64,000 nucleotides of DNA from the NCBI GenBank assembly GCA_964016885.1, contig OZ024740.1:236406001-236470000 (forward strand). The letters run 5' to 3'. Positions 41,147 to 54,227 of the stretch are shown one piece after another (within the stretch, counting starts at the first letter, position 1; each line of letters begins with the position of its first letter). The notes under the pieces are model-generated. The model saw only the letters and a program-made list of their open reading frames with translations. It was not told where the DNA came from and did not search any database. This DNA is from Eledone cirrhosa (lineage: Eukaryota). The translations under genes and the position numbers were made by a program.

Positions 41147-41607
41147 TTAAACTATTCTAGATTTGAGAAGTGTGGTATGCAAGGTTTGTATAGTTAATGT
41201 CTAGTTTTATTGTTTCTAGGTGTACTTTTTCATTGCAGTATTTTTAATGAAATAGCCTAGATATGTTTCATTTAATTTTGAAAGTCATAAAAAAAATTAG
41301 AGCAATTTAACAAAATAGTTAACCTTTTTATTATTCAACTCATGTTTGAAACATTACTTAACATTTTGATTAAATATTTTAAAATGGAGAGTTTTGTATC
41401 ATAAAATCAGGGTGGTTTCCAGTTGTTTGGTACCAAAATGGTTAATATCTGTTACAAAGATGGCTAAAACTATAATACAGTTTCAATACCAGAATGATGC
41501 CAAGTTACTCCATTCACATTCCTAAAGTCCCTCGGAGAGGTATAAGCATTGTAAAATATCTTCCTTTGATTCTACCTCCTTCTTAAAACCCAGAAATCAA
41601 AAGTTAA

Positions 41608-42014
41608 CCCTTTCATGACTGCATTACTAATGAAATACACTCTATTTCAATTAATTAATTGTTTCTACATTTTGCACAAGGCCAGCAATTACTTTATTTT
41701 ATCGATCCCGTAAGGATGAAAGGCAAAGTTAACCTCGGCGGGATTTGAACTCAGTCTGTAAAGGGACGTAACTATGCTGGAAAGCATGGCGTCCAACTCT
41801 CTACCGATACTGCCAATCCACCGCCCTAATTAATGAAAAATTTTAAGGGATTTACTAAAATTATTAAGTATTTCATTACTAAGATAGTAACTTAATGTAA
41901 GGTTCTTATATAAAACTATGTTGGAAGATTTTAATTTAAATTGGAAACCTTTAAAATGGGTGGTTTTATTTCATAGAACCAGAGCTGGTTTTGGCTGGGT
42001 TGGTAACAAAAGGG
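41608..42014. mobile_element. piggyBac-like MITE with nested Nin-type SINE (~41657-41826, minus)
   Basis: ttaa|ccctttcatgac ... gtaacaaaaggg|ttaa. Related decayed copies at ~41220-41446 and 49688-49940. Confidence 0.65.
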
Positions 42015-42089
42015 TTAATACTAGTTTTAAAGACATAAATGATGTAAGGGCTTTAGTGGGATGACATTTTGTTTATTAGAAATGTTTAA

Positions 42090-42303
42090 CCCGTTGACTG
42101 CCACATATATATTACACAGTTGCTGCGCCAGTTTTTTTTCCAGTAAAATGACTATTTTTTTAAACAAATATTTATTAACAACACATATATTAATGATTGG
42201 CAAACATCACATCAATAAACTATTCTAGCTTTGAAGTTATGAACTGTTGGAAAAGAGTTCAAACATTTTAGGACAAGTTATCTCATCCGTGGCACTGAAG
42301 AGG
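42090..42303. mobile_element. piggyBac-like MITE
   Basis: ttaa|cccgttgactgccac ... gtggcactgaagagg|ttaa. Confidence 0.55.
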
Positions 42304-42933
42304 TTAATATGGATTATTCTAAATAATAGTAGGCCAGTGTGAGAAAATATATGAGAGAAAATATATGTAAGAAAATATATTTATATTCAAATTTAGTTTT
42401 GCTGCAGAATAGCAATTTTAGGTATATAACATATTTTCAACAAGTCATTTTATAATCAATGTGATATCTCATTGGGCAAGAGTTATTGTTCTGTGTTTGA
42501 AGTATAATATTATCAATAGATAATATTTGGTTTCATCTATCTAGGTAAAAAGGGTTATATATTATTAAGGAAGAGGAAATTGGATGTTGTAATATTTATA
42601 TTATAACATTCCTTTTTAAGGTCATTAGTGATTTAAATGAAAGTTATTTGATTCACTTGGGCATTGAAACTACATTCTAATCTCCGTTGCCTAGAACTAC
42701 TATGAATATACAGATATTTCTATCATTGCTGACAAAAGTCTGAACAATTTTAACAAAATATTACTTGGCATTCAAAATAAATTTATCTTAAATAAAATAT
42801 CTTATTCATTCCAATACTAATGTAGTCATTTCTTGCAATAACTCTTCCTCCAACAAACCCATTTCAAAGGTCTCCCTCTTTCATTCAGTACCTATAAATT
42901 TATTTACCTGCTATTTTGATATTCTGTTTCCAG

Positions 42934-43097
42934 GTACTACAGTGCTACAATTATCCGTATGTCTGGTGTGAAGAGTGATGAAGCTGCCATCTGGTTGTCT
43001 GCAGTAACGGCAGCAGTCAACTTCTGCTTCACTCTTGTTGGTTTGTACTTAGTGGAAAAAATAGGGCGCAGAGCTCTAACTCTTGGAAGTTTGTTGG
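42934..43097 (+). CDS. SLC2A13: SLC2A13/HMIT-like exon D (164 nt; not in the ORF track)
   Basis: tttccag|...|gtaagt. [55 protein letters not shown] (YYS and VEKxGRR motifs). Confidence 0.93.
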
Positions 43098-43289
43098 GTA
43101 AGTTCATGCAGTTTTCTTAATAACTTCCCATGTAACTTGATTTCTTTGACATGCTTACATCCAAAATATCATGACTATGGAAATGAAATGGACCTCCATC
43201 ACTTTTGAAGATAAGTCTTCCAATTGTTTGATCAACAAAGTAGCCTGCTCAAGAAACTAATATGTAAGTGGCTGGGAATTTCCCAGACT

Positions 43290-43940
43290 AAATGAACTGA
43301 GAGAGAAACTAGGCATAAGAGGAATTAAATGCTGTGTGCAGGAGAGGAGATTGCATTGGTGTGATCATGTGATGCGTATGAAGGATGGCAGCTGTATAAA
43401 AAGGTGCAGAGTGCTCAGAGTCAATGGAACCCAGGAAGACTTGGGATGAGCTGATAAAAACTGACCTTGCCCAATTGCACCTCTCAAAGACGATGACACT
43501 GACACAGGACCAAGATTTCTGGCATTACTCAGTAATACAGAAGACCCAACTTCACACAAGCAGAGGTCGAAGCTGAAGCATATATACAGTATGCACCACC
43601 CCATTCTACCCTCCCCTCCCATACATCTCCCATGAGGACAGGCTAAAGTATACATCCAGTTAAGCCTCCTGCTCACATTGTTGTAAAGTGGTTGTGATAG
43701 TGACATGACAAAAAGCGCCTAGCCCACAATGTAAAGTGGTGGTGTAGGCATCACAACAAAAAACACCTAGTACTCACTGTAAATGAGGTTGGCATTAGGA
43801 AGAGCATCCAGCTGTAGAAACCAAGCCCAAATCAGTTCTGTTTGAGCAAGACATAGTCATCTGACCTAGAATTGCCCACAATAGGACAATTCATCTAACC
43901 CATGCTAGCATGGAAAAATGGACATAAAACAGTGATGATA
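43290..43940 (+). mobile_element. RTE LINE 3' fragment with 3'UTR
   Basis: Encodes NELREKLGIRGIKCCVQERRLHW. The 3'UTR ends cccatgctagcatggaaaaatggacataaaacagtgatgat. Confidence 0.82.
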
Positions 43941-44904
43941 TAATTTTTTAGCATAATATATTGTGTTACAAGGCTAGCCCTTTGAATTACAAGTACAATC
44001 CATCTTATGGGCTTCCAAACAGTTTTTGTCTACCTAGTTTCATTCACAAAGTATGGGTCAACCCAAGTAAATGACACTTGCCTAAGAGGTCAAACAGTTG
44101 AATGATTGCAAAGTTAACTTCTTAACTATTTAGCCATACTGCATCCATAAAACCACAACCGTATAATACAACCACAAAACAAACCTGTGCATCACATCCA
44201 TATATTACACTTATTTATTACATTCTAGAACCATGCATCACATTTATGTCTATATATGTTGTTAGGCCTCAGTCACTACCAGCAGTGACTGTTTCAGTTG
44301 TCTGATCGAAGGAATAGCCCCCACATCAAAGTAAAATACAACTGGTAGAGCATTCTACAGACACATATATACTTAATGTAATTCTCAGAGAGAGTCAACA
44401 TGATACAGTGTAAAACAAGACTGGTCCTTTGAAATATAGATATGACTATTTCTTTTTAGCTGAATGAACTGAAGCAATGGGAAATAAAGTGTTTTGCTCA
44501 AGGACACAATGCACCATTGGAAATTGATCTCACTATCTTACAATTGTGAGCCAAACACCCTAACTACTATGCCATATATGTAGTTGTGTAGGTGTCACAA
44601 CAAAAAGCACCCAGCCCATGCTGTAAGGTGGACATGTAGGTGTCACGACTAAAAGCACCCAGCCCACATTGTAAAATGGTTGTATATGTGTCACAACAAA
44701 AAGCACCCAGCCCACACTGTAAATGTGGTTATAAGGAAGGGCATAAATGTAGTTATTAGAAATCTAGCCAGAAACAGTCCTATATTTGGAAGACACAGTC
44801 ACCTGGCCTAACTTTCCTCTAATGGGACAACCCATCTAACCCATGCTAGCATGGAAAATGGATGTTAAATTATGATGACGATGATGATGATCTCACATAT
44901 ACTA

Positions 44905-45265
44905 CGAGGATAATCCCAAAAGTAAGGTCTCAAAAGCGATGGGGATGCAGAGAAACTGTTCGTATGGCTGTTGGCAACACTGTTGTGATTGGTGCTTCCT
45001 TCACTCCCAAACAAGCATGCGCATGCTTCGCTGGGATGCTCAATCTTGAATGCTACCGCCAAGTGCGAATTTCGCACAGTTATTATATACGAGGGAAATC
45101 CCAAACGTAACGTCTCCTTCCGAGGAAAACATGCATAAAGATTGGCGGATCACTCTGGATGCTCTCTGCATTTTGGTTCCTGAGGTTTCCCGAAGCACCA
45201 TCCACAGGATTTTAACGGAAAAGTTGCAATATCGGAAGGAGACCTTACTTTTGGGATTGCCCTCG
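44905..45265 (+). mobile_element. Mariner-derived MITE with an extra internal TIR
   Basis: ta|cgaggataatcccaaaagtaaggtctc ... gagaccttacttttgggattgccctcg|ta. Third TIR at 45090. HTH remnant DWRITLDAL...VSRSTIHRILTEKLQYRK. Confidence 0.8.
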
Positions 45266-45664
45266 TACATCCACATAATACATCTATATAAAATGCCCAC
45301 ATATCTAACCCATGCAGCAAATCCATATAGTGCCTCTGTGAATCACATCAATGTACTGATAAGGAAGCCTCTATATAGCTTCTCAACCCATTAGAAATAG
45401 CAGCATAACTTTGCTCGAATCCCTCCCAATATCTGAAAACAAAAATAGAAAGGAAGGACACATAGAATAATGATGGTCAGATCAGACTGAAGAGTTGAAT
45501 GATGGAAAGAGTGAATTCCAATTCATTTTATGCAACAAAACATGTAAGTCATCAGCAGGTTATAAAGGTCACTGTAGGGCCCCAAACCACCAATAGAGAT
45601 ATATCATTTGTCTGTGATGGTCTTATTTGTCTAACATGTTGATGGTCATTATATGTATGTATGT

Positions 45665-45985
45665 ATCATCATCATCATCATCATCGATTAACGTCTATTT
45701 TCCACGCTAGCGTAGGTTAGATGGGTTTGTCCCATTTAGAGGCAAGTTGGGTCGGGTGACTGTGTCTTGCTCATATAGGAGTGTTTCTGGTTGGTTTACT
45801 ATGGCTGGATGCCCTTCCTAATGCCAACCACATTTACAGTGTGTGCTGGGTGCTTTTTGTGGTAACACCTACATGATCACTTTACAGTGTGGGCTGGATG
45901 TTCTTTACAGAGTGGACTGGGCACCATTGTCATGTCACCAACACAACCACTTTACAGTGGGGCTTGGGCGCTTTTGTCTTGGAAC
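45665..45985 (-). mobile_element. RTE 3'UTR-only copy (others at ~7190-7370, 36960-37210, 44580-44890, 29020-29230)
   Basis: (CAT)n tail, ggatgcccttcctaatgccaaccacatttacag and 48-bp repeats. Confidence 0.8.
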
Positions 45986-47062
45986 TAGGGAGGGTCGAGG
46001 AGCTTGGGGGGAAAAATGTGGACAGGATAGTTGGACAGGTATGGTTACCACTAAGGGCGGTGAATGAGAGGGGCTAGAAGGTTGAGGAAGGTGTTACCTA
46101 CTAGGTATAAGCCTCATCCTGAGAATAATAAAGGGCGGGTCTTCCATAAAACTTCATGTATATATGTATGTATGTATGTATGTATGTTCTTCCGGTTTTA
46201 TAATTTTATAAATTTTTACCAATAGAGAGTTTCTAACATAGACACAAGACCTTTTCATTGGAATTTAGACAACATCAAATAAGTAGATATGTCTGCATGT
46301 CTGCATGTGTGTGTGTGCAGGTATGGATGTGGATGTTTTGAGTTATATGTGTGCATGTGTATATGCTTTGTATCTGTACATGTGTATATGCAGTTATTAG
46401 ATGCAGAATTTTGGGAATGTTTTATATATTTTCACTGTTCCATTAATGGATTGTACTTTCCTAACTAGTTTCTTTCTGTTTCTGTGAAGCCCAGGTTCTC
46501 AAGATTGTACTGAGGCAATTAGTAACATATCCCAGTGCCCCAATAATCACAGGTATAAATGTATGTATGTATGTATGAGCCCACACGAGAGACATCTATG
46601 TGGTAGCTAGATCTTCTAGACATAGTAGCCAAGGTCCTCTCAAATCATGCCCTTCTCTCTTATCTATATATAAGCCAATAATATATCCTCTATATGATAT
46701 CTCAACCTGTTAGAATTAGCAGCCAAATCTCTGGTAAATCATACCCTACTACTTTATATCACTTTACTGCAATACCCAGGTATTACTAGGTACCTCTGCT
46801 AGTGTATCATATAAATTACGTTTATATACTAAATGTGTAACAACTATGGCTATAGTTGTTATTCCATACTAACTATAGCCTCAATTGGTTATTCTAAAAC
46901 AACTTTATCCAGTAGCATCTGTAGCCATGATTAGTTATATTGTACCAACTATAACTATATTTATTTTTTGTATCATCTATACCTAAAATTGATTATTTTC
47001 TGCCAACTATAACGATAACTGTTTATACTATACCAGCTGTAGCCATAATTAGTTAAGCTATA

Positions 47063-47498
47063 CAAGGGTGAGCTGAAAAGTTCATAGACTGACTATGAAG
47101 GAGTGGTGCTAAATGTATATATATTTTGCATGCATTAATTATAACTCTTCTTAGGGCGGTGGATTGGCAGTATCGGTAGAGGTTCGGACGCCATGCTTTG
47201 CAGCATAGAGTTACGGCCCTTTATGATCTGAGTTCAAATCCCGCTGAGGTTAACTTTGCCTTTCATCTTTATGCGGTCGATAAAATAAAGTACCAGTCAC
47301 GCACTGGGGTCGATTTAACCGACTTCCCCCTCCCGCCAAATTGCAGGCCTTGTGCCTATATAAAAAAAAAAACATTAATTACAATTCTTATTAATAACTG
47401 CAGTGTTTCTTTGCAGGGATAATGTTGAAAAATTAACCTCATTTGGTCATTCCATGAGAGTATCTTGGTCTGCCTATGAACTTTTCAGCTAACCCTCA
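47063..47498. mobile_element. Mariner-like MITE with nested Nin-type SINE (47154-~47365), inside an old ~33-bp tandem repeat (~46840-47740)
   Basis: ta|caagggtgagctgaaaagttcatagactgac ... gtctgcctatgaacttttcagctaaccctca|ta. Confidence 0.75.
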
Positions 47499-49990
47499 TA
47501 ACAGTTATAGCCATATTTGTTATTCAGTTCCAACCATAGCTTTAATTGTTATACTACACTAACTATATCCATAATTGGTTATTCTATACCATCCATAGCT
47601 ATAATTGTTATTCTGTACCAACTATAGTCAAAATTGGTTGAATTGTTTCAACTAAAGCCATAATTGGTAATTTTCTACTAGAGCTATTATATACTAGCAA
47701 TAGACATAATTGGTTTTATTGTGCCAACTGTAGCTAGAATGAGCTTTACTATATTGACAATTATTCATTTCTTATGAACTATAACTAGAACTGATGAATC
47801 TAAGCTAAATCTATTTTATTTCTATCTCATCTACTTTATTTCATCATTATGTCTGAGGAGCTGAAATATCTTCAGTGGCTTCATACTGTTAAACAAGACA
47901 CCATATTTAATCTTTATAGGAAATTTCCGGAAATAGATTTTGTTTGGTAAATACATGCTAAGTTGTACAAAACAATCTGAAGTATTATATCTAAAGAACA
48001 AATTGTTTACGACATTTTTCACCAATTCCAGCATCTTTTAACTTGTTATCTGTATAGTAATGTCTTTTATATCCAACAACGGCTTCTAAAATAAAGTAAA
48101 AATGGCTCTATATAGCTCTTTTATTGATTTATTCCCTCCGACCTCTACCTACTCTCATTCTTTTTGCTGTCTTTCATAAATTTAAGATTATCTTGTAGTA
48201 AAATTGCTTTCCAAGCCTAATTAATTTTTCTTCTGATAAAATATACTTGATGAAAGCTACTTCAAATCTGAATAGCAATCTGAAATGGTTTCTATCTTAC
48301 CTGATTGTTTCTATTGCTTTATGTCTATAAGTGAATATCAAACTGTGTGTCACTCGCTACAACCTGCTTACTTTCCTTCTACACTTACCCTGACATACAA
48401 TCCTATTTTATCTTATCACAGAGTTTCTTTTTCAATTTCATCCAATTTATATTCTGTAGAATATTGCAATTTTCTGTATTTCACTTGATTCCACAGTTAC
48501 AGACACCATTCAACAACTTGTTCTCTTTAATAGCTTCAGTCAGCTGGAGTCTGCTGCATATTTCTCTGCTTTCCTCTACTCTCAGTTTTCAGTAAAAGAA
48601 CATACAAAAGGGTCATTGCTTGGATAATTGAATTGAAGAAGAAGTGAAAGAAGGCTGATTTTTTCTTCTTTTATTTCACAGTTGAACAACTTTGTACACA
48701 TTAAAATGCTTCTTTTGATGTGTATCAAATATTGTAGAAAAAATATAAATAGAAATAATAAATACCTGGATCAAAGAGACATGCTCTGCTGTTGTTGTTC
48801 ATATTCAAAATAATTTATCACATTTATAGCACAACATATTATAGCATATAATGTTTATCATACACCATGGCTACCAATACACCTTTGTGGTAGGGTGAGG
48901 AAAGTGAAGAGCTAAACAAAAAATAAGTATGAGAGAGAGGAGGGGAGGGAGTTATGGAAGAATGAAATCAGTAATTGAGAGAAGGGAAAAGAAAAAAGAA
49001 TTAAGAGCATGAAGAGAAGGCATAAGTATAAGATGTAAGAGATGAAAGCTGAAGATGTAAAATCAATATTGGTTTTAATATTTTCTGAAAATGAAAATGA
49101 CATAATGTCTTGTAGATATATGTTTGACAGAGTGAATATCTGGCAATAAATATTTGATAGTGTATGTTTGACAGGAAATGTTTTACAGAGTGAGTATTTA
49201 AGAGTAAATGTTTGATGATTAAATATTCACTAGTAAATTTTTCCCAGTATTTGGTTTTAAAACATCATTGGAAATAAATATTTCATAGAGTAAAAGTTTG
49301 ACAGAAAATGATTGACAACATATGTCTGATGGCCTAAATGATCTAACAATATATATGTGACATCGCAAATGTTTAAGAGAGAAAATGTTTGACAATAAAT
49401 GTTGGATAGAGTAAATATTTGGCAGTAAATGTTTGATAGAGTAAAGGTTAAACACTAAATGTTTGATAGAGTAAATGTTTAATACAGTAAATGTTTGATA
49501 GAGTAAATGGTTGAGAAAGCAAATGTTTGATATATTAAATGTATGGTTGTGGGCAAATGTTTTCATAACTATTTGCCTAAATAAATGCTGAATGGAGTAA
49601 ATATTTGTCAATAACTGTTTGATCTTAATGTTTGACAGAGTATTCATGTGATAGAATGGGTTTTGACAGAAATATTTGTTAGATTAACCCTTTCATTACC
49701 ATTTTAATATAAGCCACTGACTTATGTTCAAATAATTTTTAAAATAATTAAGCATTTGGAATCATTTAGTAATATAACTAACTTTCTCATTATTAAATTG
49801 GTGTTTGGGATATAATTTAACAAAAATTCTTCCATAAAATTATGATGAAAGGATTTTAAACAAATATAAGCACATTAAAACCAACAGTTTCATATTGTAG
49901 AACCAAGGGCAGATTCAAATGGTTTGGTATCAAACGAGTTGGTAATAAATGTTTGACAGGTTAGATATATCTTAGAGTAAATACTTGATA

Positions 49991-50170
49991 TGGCAGTATC
50001 AGTAGAGGGTCGGACGCCATGCTTTCCAGCATAGTTACATCCCTTTACAATCTGAGTTCAAATCACGCTGAGGTTGACTTTGCCTTTCATCCTTACGGGG
50101 TCGATAAAATAAAGTACCAGTAATGCACTGGGTAATTGCTGGCCTTGTGCCTAAAGTAGAAACAATTATT
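49991..50170 (+). mobile_element. Nin-type SINE
   Basis: Matches the family consensus. Confidence 0.85.
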
Positions 50171-50678
50171 AAAAGGCAGTTTGTATAAAAAGCCGTGCAA
50201 TGCAAGTTGGTTAGATTGCTAAGGTAATAATCAGAAAGGAATTGAGAGAAAAAGCAAAATAAAAGAAAAGATGAGTGATTGAAAGTTACCTCAGCAATTT
50301 ATTATTCTCCAGCAATTTACCATTCATTATCAAAGGGGATCCGTAGGGAAGCTTCAGAGAAAAACCGAGATTTTTCTCACTTCTTAGTGGCTGCTTACTT
50401 TTTTCTTTTTGCTTCAAGCAAGCTATCACATTTTGATATAATTAATATTTGCCGTAATACACTACCTACATATTATGTTAACATTGTTCCCTAATGTTTA
50501 GCAGAGTAAATACTATCCATGTTTTGTCAATGTTAACAGACATAAGGCTGGGGCCTTTATTATTAAAACACCAAAGAAATTTCCTATGAGATGCATAATT
50601 TACATAGGTGTGAGCCATAACAACAGTATTAACTGTGCTCCCTAAATTTTAACTGTGCTCCCTAATGATATTTTACAG

Positions 50679-50793
50679 GTGCTGTGATCAGTTTAGCATG
50701 GCTGGCTGTTGGTTTCTATCTGTCTTCTGAAAACACTCCAGCTGTCAATTTTGTTGAACCTGTAGCAGTGGACACCACCTGCGCTGTGCACAA
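50679..50793 (+). CDS. SLC2A13: SLC2A13/HMIT-like exon E (115 nt; not in the ORF track)
   Basis: ttttacag|...|gtaagt. AVISLAWLAVGFYLSSENTPAVNFVEPVAVDTTCAVH (TM9 and start of the loop). Phases fit exons D and F. Confidence 0.88.
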
Positions 50794-50898
50794 GTAAGTA
50801 CTTTCTAATTATTGTCATCTTCATAAAGACTTTCTGAATTTCATTATCATCATCATAATAATCATTATCATCATCATTATCATTATTATTATTATCAT

Positions 50899-51090
50899 GG
50901 GGTGGTGGATTGGCAGTATCGGTAGAGGGTCGGACACCATGCTTTGATGCATAGAGTTACGGCCCTTGCCATTCTGAGTTCAAATCCCGCCGAGGTTAAC
51001 TTTGCCTTTCATCCTTATGGGGTCGATAAAATAAAGTACCAGTAATGCACTGGGGTAATTACTGGCCTTGTGCCAAAAGTAGAAACAATT
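50899..51090 (+). mobile_element. Nin-type SINE
   Basis: Matches the family consensus; further copies at 52604-52790 and, degenerate, 52415-52575. Confidence 0.85.
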
Positions 51091-51436
51091 ATTATTATTA
51101 TCATGTCCTCCCTCAGGATTGATCTTAATTCCTGGTTTAGTCAAGATAACGGACCACATCCAGTGGTCTTAGATATCATGACGTCTCCTTCAGTTTATAT
51201 TCAATACCTTTCACATTATCTTAGTCGCTCCAAGCAAACAAGGTTTCTGCAACATTTCTATTGTAAGATTCAATTTTAGTTTTTTTTTATTAATTTATCC
51301 ACCAACGGCTACTGGTGTCGCGTCCACCTTTTTCATATTCCACATTCTTGAAATTTCATACTTCAGGGGGCTATTATCTGTACACTTTTTTATTCTTTTC
51401 CACTTAAGTTAGTATCAAATGAACAAGCTGGGTCTA

Positions 51437-51575
51437 TCAACTGACACGTTTTCTTTGTTTTTTTCCGATTACAATGGTGTCTGGTCTATTATGATCTAGC
51501 GGTTTATCAGTTTGTATAGGCAAATTCCATAAAATCTTGCAGTCTTCCGACTCCAATACTTGATATACAATAGAG
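51437..51575 (-). mobile_element. Remnant of a restriction-like-endonuclease non-LTR element (R4/Dong-like)
   Basis: VLESEDCKILWNLPIQTDKPLDHNRPDTIVIGKK resembles the ILWD-x-IQTD...RPD motif. Confidence 0.65.
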
Positions 51576-51692
51576 GATCCAGTAATTATCATATTTACAG
51601 TACAAACCATCAATACCACCACCACCACTACACCACCAACCACGTCCCCACAGCACTTCACACTCTCCCCAAGATGATATATACTTTTAGTT

Positions 51693-52030
51693 ACTGACTT
51701 AGTACTTAAAGCTTAGTCTTACAATTGCAAGGTTGTGAGTTTGATTCTCAGACTGAGCTTTGCATAATGTTCTTGAACAAGACACTTTATTTCACGTGAC
51801 TCCAATTCACTCAGCTGTAGAAATGAGTTGCAACATCACAAGTGCCAAGCTGAAACAACATTTGCCTTTCCCTTGGACAACATAAGTGGCATGAAGATGG
51901 AAGACCGGTATGCATGGGCAACTGCTGATCTTCCACAAACACCCTTGCTCGGACTTGTACCTCAGAGAACTTTCTAGGTGCAAATCCTGTGGTCATTCAT
52001 GACAGAAGGGGGTCTTTACCTTACCTTTGC
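51693..52030 (+). mobile_element. Older tRNA-CORE SINE with a different 3' tail
   Basis: Head and CORE resemble 11054, but the tail ends ...gaagggggtctttaccttaccttt. Related CORE-bearing copies at ~32380-32560 (+), 30800-31040 (-) and 44290-44575 (-). Confidence 0.65.
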
Positions 52031-53851
52031 CTTGGGCTGAGATCAGCACTGTTTCAGTGTCTCTTTTTAGATCACTGCAGGAGAGCCAATCCCAAGACCT
52101 TTGAGTCTTTAATCCAAACATTTGTCATTCAAAATGGCCATGCAATGACTTCCAATTACTCCTTCACTTTTCTTAACTGAGACTCATCTCTTAAACTCTT
52201 TTTTATTCTCCAAAAATATCTCTGGTGATCATTAATGGCTTGCCTCTCATTCACGATACATTCTGTAACACTTGTCAGGCCTCTTCTTCTAATTTTACTT
52301 TTAATGTACAGCCAATTTATACTTCAATTATGAACCCGAATTAGAACCTAACCTGATGGAGAGCAACCAGGAAATAACTAATTCCATAGACCAGAGCATC
52401 ACAGTAACTATGGACTTAGAGTTACGGCCCTTTACGTTCTGATTTTAAATACCGAGAGGTTAGCTTTCATTCTTATGGGGTTGATAAAATAAAGCACCAG
52501 TAGTGTACTGGTGTTGATTTAATTGACTTTCCCCTCCCCTTCAAATCGCTGGCCTTGTGCCAGTAGAAACAATTATTGTTATTATTATCATCATGGAAAG
52601 GTTGGTGGATTGGCAGTATCGGTAGAGGCTCGGTCACCATACTTTGCAGCAAAGAGTTATGGCCCTTTATGGTCTGAGTTCAAATCCCGCCGAGGTTAAC
52701 TTTGCCTTTCATCCTTACAAGGTCGATAAAATAAAGTACCAGTAATGCACTGGGATAATCGCTGACCTTGTGCCAAAAGTAGAAACAATTATTATCAACA
52801 TCATCATCATCATCGTCATCATCATCGTCATCATTATCCTTATCATCATCATTAATGTGCAGCAATAGAGTAAAATATGAAAAATAGATTGTGAGTGTGA
52901 GGAGGTCCCCTTAAAGGTCTCAACTAAACACCATCTGGGTCAAATATTTCAGTAAAGGGAATTAACACTTTGATATCGAATAGTCAAAAGTTAAATATAT
53001 TATAGCATATGTAATTGGAGCAAAAGGCATTGTGAACTTGGCATTAATGAGAAACACTACATATTAAACCTGCAATTTGATGTACTAAATAAAATAGCAG
53101 AGATTAAATCCAGAAGAATAAGCAGCATGAATTCATCCATAGTCTGACTAAAAGTACAAGACATATAACATTGTACTACCATTTATTTTGAAAATCTTCT
53201 TCATGCCATCTGAAGGCAGCCAGTTGACATGAAACTGATATATTGGAACAATAAGTCAACTTAATAAAGTAATAAGAATTGACTCAACTGTTGTCTCATT
53301 AATAACATTGATTTATTGCCTAAGAATCATATCAATAGTCCTCTATTAGACACCAGTCTGATATTAAACTCCTAAAGAAGATTCATGTCTGCAACAACTG
53401 CAATACGTTTCTATGTCTGCAGGTTGATGATAGTATCACTGCTATAATCTGCCAGGTGATCCATAGAGTGGGACTGAATATAGAGCTGGTATACTTTGAG
53501 CCTTTCTTGACAGAATACCTGTACTCTCAACAGCAATGAGTGCACACTGGCCAACTACTTCATTAACCCTTTAGCATTTAAACCGGCTGTATCCGGCCAG
53601 AATTCTCTCACCTCTTTCTGTTCCAACCAGCTGTTCAATATTGATCAGCTCAGGTTGGATCAAGCGATCAGATCCCGACTCTTAATCCACACATCTTTAG
53701 ATACGTGAGTTTAAATGGGTGGTCCCATCCAAACTGTTGACATATGTCCCATGTTCATTTTATATACATATTATTGGGTTAGGGTGGGTGGATGGGAAAA
53801 AGGAGTGGGTAGATGGAGAATAGTGATTTTCAATATATATACATATATATA

Positions 53852-54158
53852 TAAATGTAAGTATGTATGTATACGTACATACATATATGTATACAGACGT
53901 ACAGTAGCATGTATATATATATATATATATACATACAGACACACATATATATATGTACGTATCAGTTTACCGAACATTTATTATAACGTTCGCTTTGTTC
54001 GTTTGTAATAAATGTTCGTTTATAATAAATGTTCGGTAAACTGATATGTACATATATATATGTGTGCCTGTATGTATATATATATATATATATATATACA
54101 TGCTACTGTACGTCTGTATACATATATGTATGTACCTATACATACATACTTACATTTA
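53852..54158. repeat. Inverted repeat (~135-bp arms, ~30-nt spacer)
   Basis: 53852-53986 is the reverse complement of ~54022-54158. Confidence 0.88.
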
Positions 54159-54227
54159 AGTAAGTGCCGTACTAAGAGTGAGAAATGAAATTTCGTTTCA
54201 TTCTATTCCATATATATATATATATAT

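Noticed and set aside
49110-49680. 142-aa ORF with repeated IYSIKHL
   Set aside because: Degenerate tandem repeat (aaatgtttgatagagt), not a gene.
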